64,000 nucleotides of DNA from Amphiscolops sp. MND2022. Lineage: Eukaryota. Position numbers and translations under genes: made by a program. The DNA lies in NCBI GenBank assembly GCA_964187785.1, contig OZ076412.1:72602001-72666000 (forward strand), read 5' to 3'. The notes beneath the pieces were generated by a model. It worked only from the letters and a program-made list of their open reading frames with translations, searched no databases and was not told the origin of the DNA. Position 1 is the stretch's first letter; every line of letters begins with the position of its first letter. This document shows positions 61,401 to 64,000 of the stretch, piece by piece.

Positions 61401-62090
61401 AAAATTAGCACATAGGCATGGGTTCGAACCCGGACCCTCTGGGTTGAAAAGCAAGCATCTTACCGCTAGACCAAAAAAGTCTGAATTATGCGACTTGCGG
61501 TCTGAAACGAGAGAGTTGTCGCGCGGAAAAAAAACTCGCACTTTCCCATAACACTTGCTTATCGCAAGCGTAATCAAGATACTGTCAAGATCAGATGATT
61601 AATTTAATTTAAAAGTTGAAACATTGATTTCACTATTTCTATTGATAGAGATCATTTGACCGAATGAGTTCTGGACTTTTCCTGATATCATTTTGTCTTC
61701 AGCTTTGCTGAACCCCCAACTGATGACAGATCAAGAAACAGAAAGGAGCATTGTTTCTGATATAGAAACTGTTTGATTTTGTTCAACTCTGATTTGTGAA
61801 TTGGTTCAACAGGGTTTTCTGAGGTAATAATTTTTGATTAAAATTTTTTTTGACAACGATAATCATCACTGAATGTTGCACTAACGATGACATGTTCCAG
61901 ATCTTGTCCCATTTCGTGAGATCCAGCCACAATCTCTCGCTCGTTGATCCAGATCTCCAGATCATCCACATCTCTGTTGAGTTTGAACAGTTCCACTGCC
62001 TGTTCCAGTCGTTGTTTCCTTTCTTCACACAGGCCCTTGAGGTTTGCGTAGCTGTGCTCCAATTTCTCCTCCTCCGCTGATATCTTGGGG
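43246..62090 (-). CDS. SPTBN1: Beta-spectrin, 3' portion (12 exons, about 698 aa: late spectrin repeats, linker, PH domain); the 5' part lies beyond the window
   Basis: Exon translations align with beta-spectrin as recalled (LFKLNRDVDDLEIWINEREIVAGSHEMGQDLEHV; AEWKEHLNEIWNDLLELMDTRTQ; YAGDKAREIQ; DVSGVELLM; WEHRWEYLQLILEVYQ). All GT-AG junctions are phase-compatible. The symbol denotes the SPTB/SPTBN1/beta-Spec/unc-70 orthology group. Confidence 0.95.
44431..44574 (-). CDS. SPTBN1: Beta-spectrin PH-domain exon
   Basis: QNHQLSGHGPIDLSTAECSIASDYTKKKNVFRVKNNNGAECLFLAKDP; phase 0/0. Confidence 0.92.
46111..46292 (-). CDS. SPTBN1: Beta-spectrin PH-domain start exon
   Basis: EGPLQKKKEHDEGGVQAKERGWKSVHMVLKGSTLSTFKDAK; phase 1/0. 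Confidence 0.92.
47162..47354 (-). CDS. Possible alternative linker exon of beta-spectrin
   Basis: GC-rich island in an AT-rich intron with several candidate acceptors. A phase 1/1 reading (GPTKATPP...CSRR) is possible but the boundaries are ambiguous. Confidence 0.3.
48045..48618 (+). mobile_element. HINE-like family C copy
   Basis: Subterminal inverted repeats GTCGGCGC/GCGCCGAC, terminal hairpin GCCG-N4-CGGC followed by TTGTT, T-run start. Confidence 0.7.
50419..50704 (-). mobile_element. HINE-like family A, copy 2
   Basis: Near-identical structure to 37145-37451, inserted in an A-run of family B. Confidence 0.75.
50979..51049 (-). pseudogene. tRNA-derived (Gly-TCC- or Glu-TTC-like) sequence inside family B (second copy at about 61408-61473)
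   Basis: GCGTTCGTGGTCTAGTGGTAAGATG...TTTTCAA...GTTCGAACCC. Acceptor and D stems partly pair; the anticodon stem does not. Confidence 0.6.
52114..52212 (-). CDS. SPTBN1: Beta-spectrin low-complexity linker exon
   Basis: tttgcAG|EPAKQHPSPAAGQEAAAAQPGSSSVGAAPAAKE|GTaagc; phase 1/1. Confidence 0.75.
52629..52741 (-). CDS. SPTBN1: Beta-spectrin linker exon
   Basis: gtttcAG|EEEPERRRMEDVEDMKQAPSS...TPKT|GTacaa; phase 2/1. Confidence 0.75.
53189..53663 (-). mobile_element. HINE-like family C copy (a family B fragment follows at about 53980-54235)
   Basis: Starts with the diverged hairpin end AACAATCCGGGAACGGCATAAGTCGGCGC and ends GCGCCGACTAAAAA. Confidence 0.65.
53690..53832 (-). CDS. SPTBN1: Beta-spectrin exon after the last repeat
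   Basis: MEQRELRRQKIAEY...LQE corresponds to the LELLEVRRQQ segment; phase 0/2. Confidence 0.82.
54419..54700 (-). CDS. SPTBN1: Beta-spectrin repeat exon
   Basis: IKKKLLEIG...WEHRWEYLQLILEVYQY...EKLQKKHELFEKS...RVTT; phase 0/0. Confidence 0.95.
55410..55583. mobile_element. pogo/Tigger-like MITE (174 bp)
   Basis: TA flanks and ~24-bp imperfect TIRs (CAGTCAACTCCGGTTAATTCGTAT / CAGTGGAATCCGTCTAATTCGTAT). Confidence 0.8.
55818..55956 (-). CDS. SPTBN1: Beta-spectrin repeat exon
   Basis: DVSGVELLMNLHQAIKLEIDARDESFADCISLGKELIAKGHYALKE; phase 2/0. Confidence 0.95.
56950..57107 (-). CDS. SPTBN1: Beta-spectrin repeat exon
   Basis: VVDAWNQLLLACDDRRIKLADTGDLFRFYTMVRDLLNWMDDISRQIKNQEKP; phase 0/2. 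Confidence 0.95.
58293..58559 (-). CDS. SPTBN1: Beta-spectrin repeat exon
   Basis: LLMASYDLRKFYSDCKD...YAGDKAREIQMREKE; phase 0/0. Confidence 0.95.
59166..59648 (-). mobile_element. HINE-like family C copy
   Basis: AACAAGCCGGGAACGGCCCAAGTCGGCGCC...GTGCCGACTAAAAA; reverse complement of the 48045-48618 structure. Confidence 0.7.
60122..60316 (-). CDS. SPTBN1: Beta-spectrin repeat exon
   Basis: MLLDKFKVFTKDTTEVGHERV...DLLELMDTRTQ; phase 0/0. Confidence 0.95.
60663..61571 (-). mobile_element. HINE-like family B copy
   Basis: Hairpin end plus subTIRs ACACTTGCGA / TCGCAAGCGT; carries the tRNA-like core. Confidence 0.7.
61886..62090 (-). CDS. SPTBN1: Beta-spectrin repeat exon (most 5' in the window)
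   Basis: PKISAEEEKLEHSYANLKGLCEERKQRLEQAVELFKLNRDVDDLEIWINEREIVAGSHEMGQDLEHVI; phase 2/0. Confidence 0.95.
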
Positions 62091-64000
62091 CTAAAATTAG
62101 TCCCACTTCAATACTTGACCCACTTTTCAAACATCACCATCATGGTTTGTTTCAACCCGAGCTTTGACACCGCTTTTTAGCAATTTAGCGAAATAGCGGC
62201 CAGAACTTTTCAGCGATTTCATTAGCAATTCAAATTAGCGGTAACCAAAAGAATGTCCAAATTCAAACTTTCCTCTTAGTAAACTTGAAGATTCAAAATG
62301 AATTTCAAAAATTCTAACTCTTACTTTTGTAAAACACACAGTGTAAAATATTCCAGCCTTTTTTCTGGCATACCAAAATTAGGTTATCATTCAATTTCGA
62401 AAGATACTTGAAGTCTGATATTAGTTTGGAGAAAAACTTCTCGGCGAAATAACGATTTTTAAATCAGCGGTTGAGCGGTATCCAAACCCCGGTTTCAGCA
62501 AAAATGGTTTGATAAACCCAATGATAGTCAAGCTTCAAAAACTCCGTTACAAAGTTGAATAAATCTTGAGGGAGTTAATGTTATGAATGGTGATAAATCA
62601 TTTGTACCTGTTATTAACATGAAATAACGTATAATCAATGATTATCATCCTGATTGGTATTAATATCGGGCGATTCCCAGGTGTGTTTATTGCCATAAAC
62701 ATTGATATTTAAATTGAAGGCGGCACTACTTTCTATGAAGCTAAAAATAGTTTTGAGGAAAACTCGAACAGAAAACTACAACACAATTTTGCAGGACAAG
62801 ACGCCCTCAGATCAGAATGAAACTCAGATACACTGTCATAACAATCATCTTGGGAAGATTTGGCCAATTCTTATATCGTTTAACTGAACACAGATTTGGT
62901 CATTCCTCTAATTCAACGAAAAATGAACAGACTTCGTTTATAATTCCAGATATTCGATGAAAAAGAGCAAAAGTATTGCAGTCTGAAAACAATGAAGGCA
63001 ATTGAGTTGAAAAGTCTCCGAGCATGGATTAACGACATCCAGTATTTATTGAAATTCTGCCACGAATGGTTAAAGCGTCATGTTACAAGTTTACAATAAC
63101 CAACTTATGTCCGTTTTCTTTGCGAAAAGATCCTCAAAAATCAGGTATCATCAAAAACATGGACTTTTCAACTTTTATTAGATCTACGCTGGTGTCCCTA
63201 TGTGCCTGGGAATAAAACGCCAACAATTCGGATCTAACACTTTTCATCACAGAAAACAGCATCCGAAAATGGTATCATCATAGTTCTATCTGAAAATATG
63301 CAGAAATTCGTTGTAATTGGTTTGCTGCCAACTGAAACCATTTTTGAGAAATCAAAGATGCGAACATCGAGTAGAGCCTGGACCAGTTAAATTTTAGTTT
63401 CATCGATTAAAATAACCGAAGAAAGGTGATTTTGAGCAAAAAATTATTGCGATGAATCGTTAAACTCAAATTCAATCGAATTTTCATTACAAAATGTAGA
63501 TTCCGCGAATTTTCAACTTGACCAAAAGGTCATATGATCCAGTTTCCAAAATTCTGTCTGAACTAGCTGTGGTGGCCTTAATTGTTTAGTTTAATTTTTA
63601 GACCATTGTACAGAGCATTTGTTCATCAATTGGACTCGGGACTAACTGTCAACTACTTTTCGCTTTAACCGGTTAAATTTTTTCTTCGATGACGAATTAA
63701 TCAACCATATGGTGATAGGAAAAAATTTCAAAAAGTAGCACATATCCGAAATGAATGAATATTGAATTCACTTTTTGTTACCCCGCATGCTGTACAAAAC
63801 TCAAATTATCAATTTTACAGCGGACATGGTCGGAGACCAGTTTACAATAGATACTGAGGTGCGTTAATCTCACGGTGCTTGCTGGTTCATCAGTTTTCGT
63901 CAAGTTTCAAAGACTGGTGGAATTTTGGTGATAGCACTTGCTAAGGTATTTTGCGCGTAAGTCTTGTAGGACTTAAGAAAGCTAAAATTGGAGAAAAGGG

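Noticed and set aside
37283-61473. Functional tRNA genes at about 37.3, 50.55, 51.0 and 61.4 kb
   Set aside because: Anticodon and T stems do not pair, and all four lie inside dispersed repeats, so they are treated as tRNA-derived pseudo-sequences.
48151-61577. The many 60-115-aa ORFs in HINE-like repeats
   Set aside because: Low-complexity K/F/N-rich readings of non-coding repeat modules.
1-64000. CRISPR arrays, rRNA or prokaryotic operons
   Set aside because: No regularly spaced repeat-spacer array or rRNA-like sequence. The spliced spectrin gene shows the window is eukaryotic.
62091-64000. A further spectrin exon in the last 1.9 kb
   Set aside because: No spectrin-like translation found on the minus strand. 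Treated as intron with repeat debris.

Overview
This is an AT-rich animal (invertebrate-like) genomic window with spliceosomal GT-AG introns. It is not prokaryotic, so most of the supplied short ORFs are spurious or are fragments of exons and transposons. I cannot identify the species. Host genes: (i) the 3' end of a beta-spectrin gene on the minus strand, with 12 phase-consistent exons from 62090 to 43246 encoding late spectrin repeats, a linker and the PH domain; (ii) a plus-strand gene with a thrombospondin-type-1-like exon followed by a PLAT/LH2 domain split over exons at 19.1, 19.9, 29.8 and probably 31.8 kb; (iii) an orphan terminal exon near 2.9-3.1 kb. Most of the rest is transposon-derived: an old Copia, two decayed Gypsy elements, Tc1 and hAT remnants, several MITEs, and at least three Helentron/HINE-like families, two of which carry tRNA-derived cores. 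The standout is a young 8.56-kb LTR element (20805-29367, minus strand) with near-identical 1,938-bp LTRs, a perfect AGTGA target-site duplication and a tRNA-Asn-type PBS. It has no RT, RNase H or integrase. It does keep an intact Gag-CCHC-protease ORF, an intact ORF with a TARG1/OARD1-type macrodomain (catalytic Lys and Asp motifs present), and a divergent pair of 100-aa orphan ORFs. This suggests a non-autonomous retroelement carrying an ADP-ribosylation-erasing cargo. All coordinates and alignments were worked out by eye, and no database searches were run.
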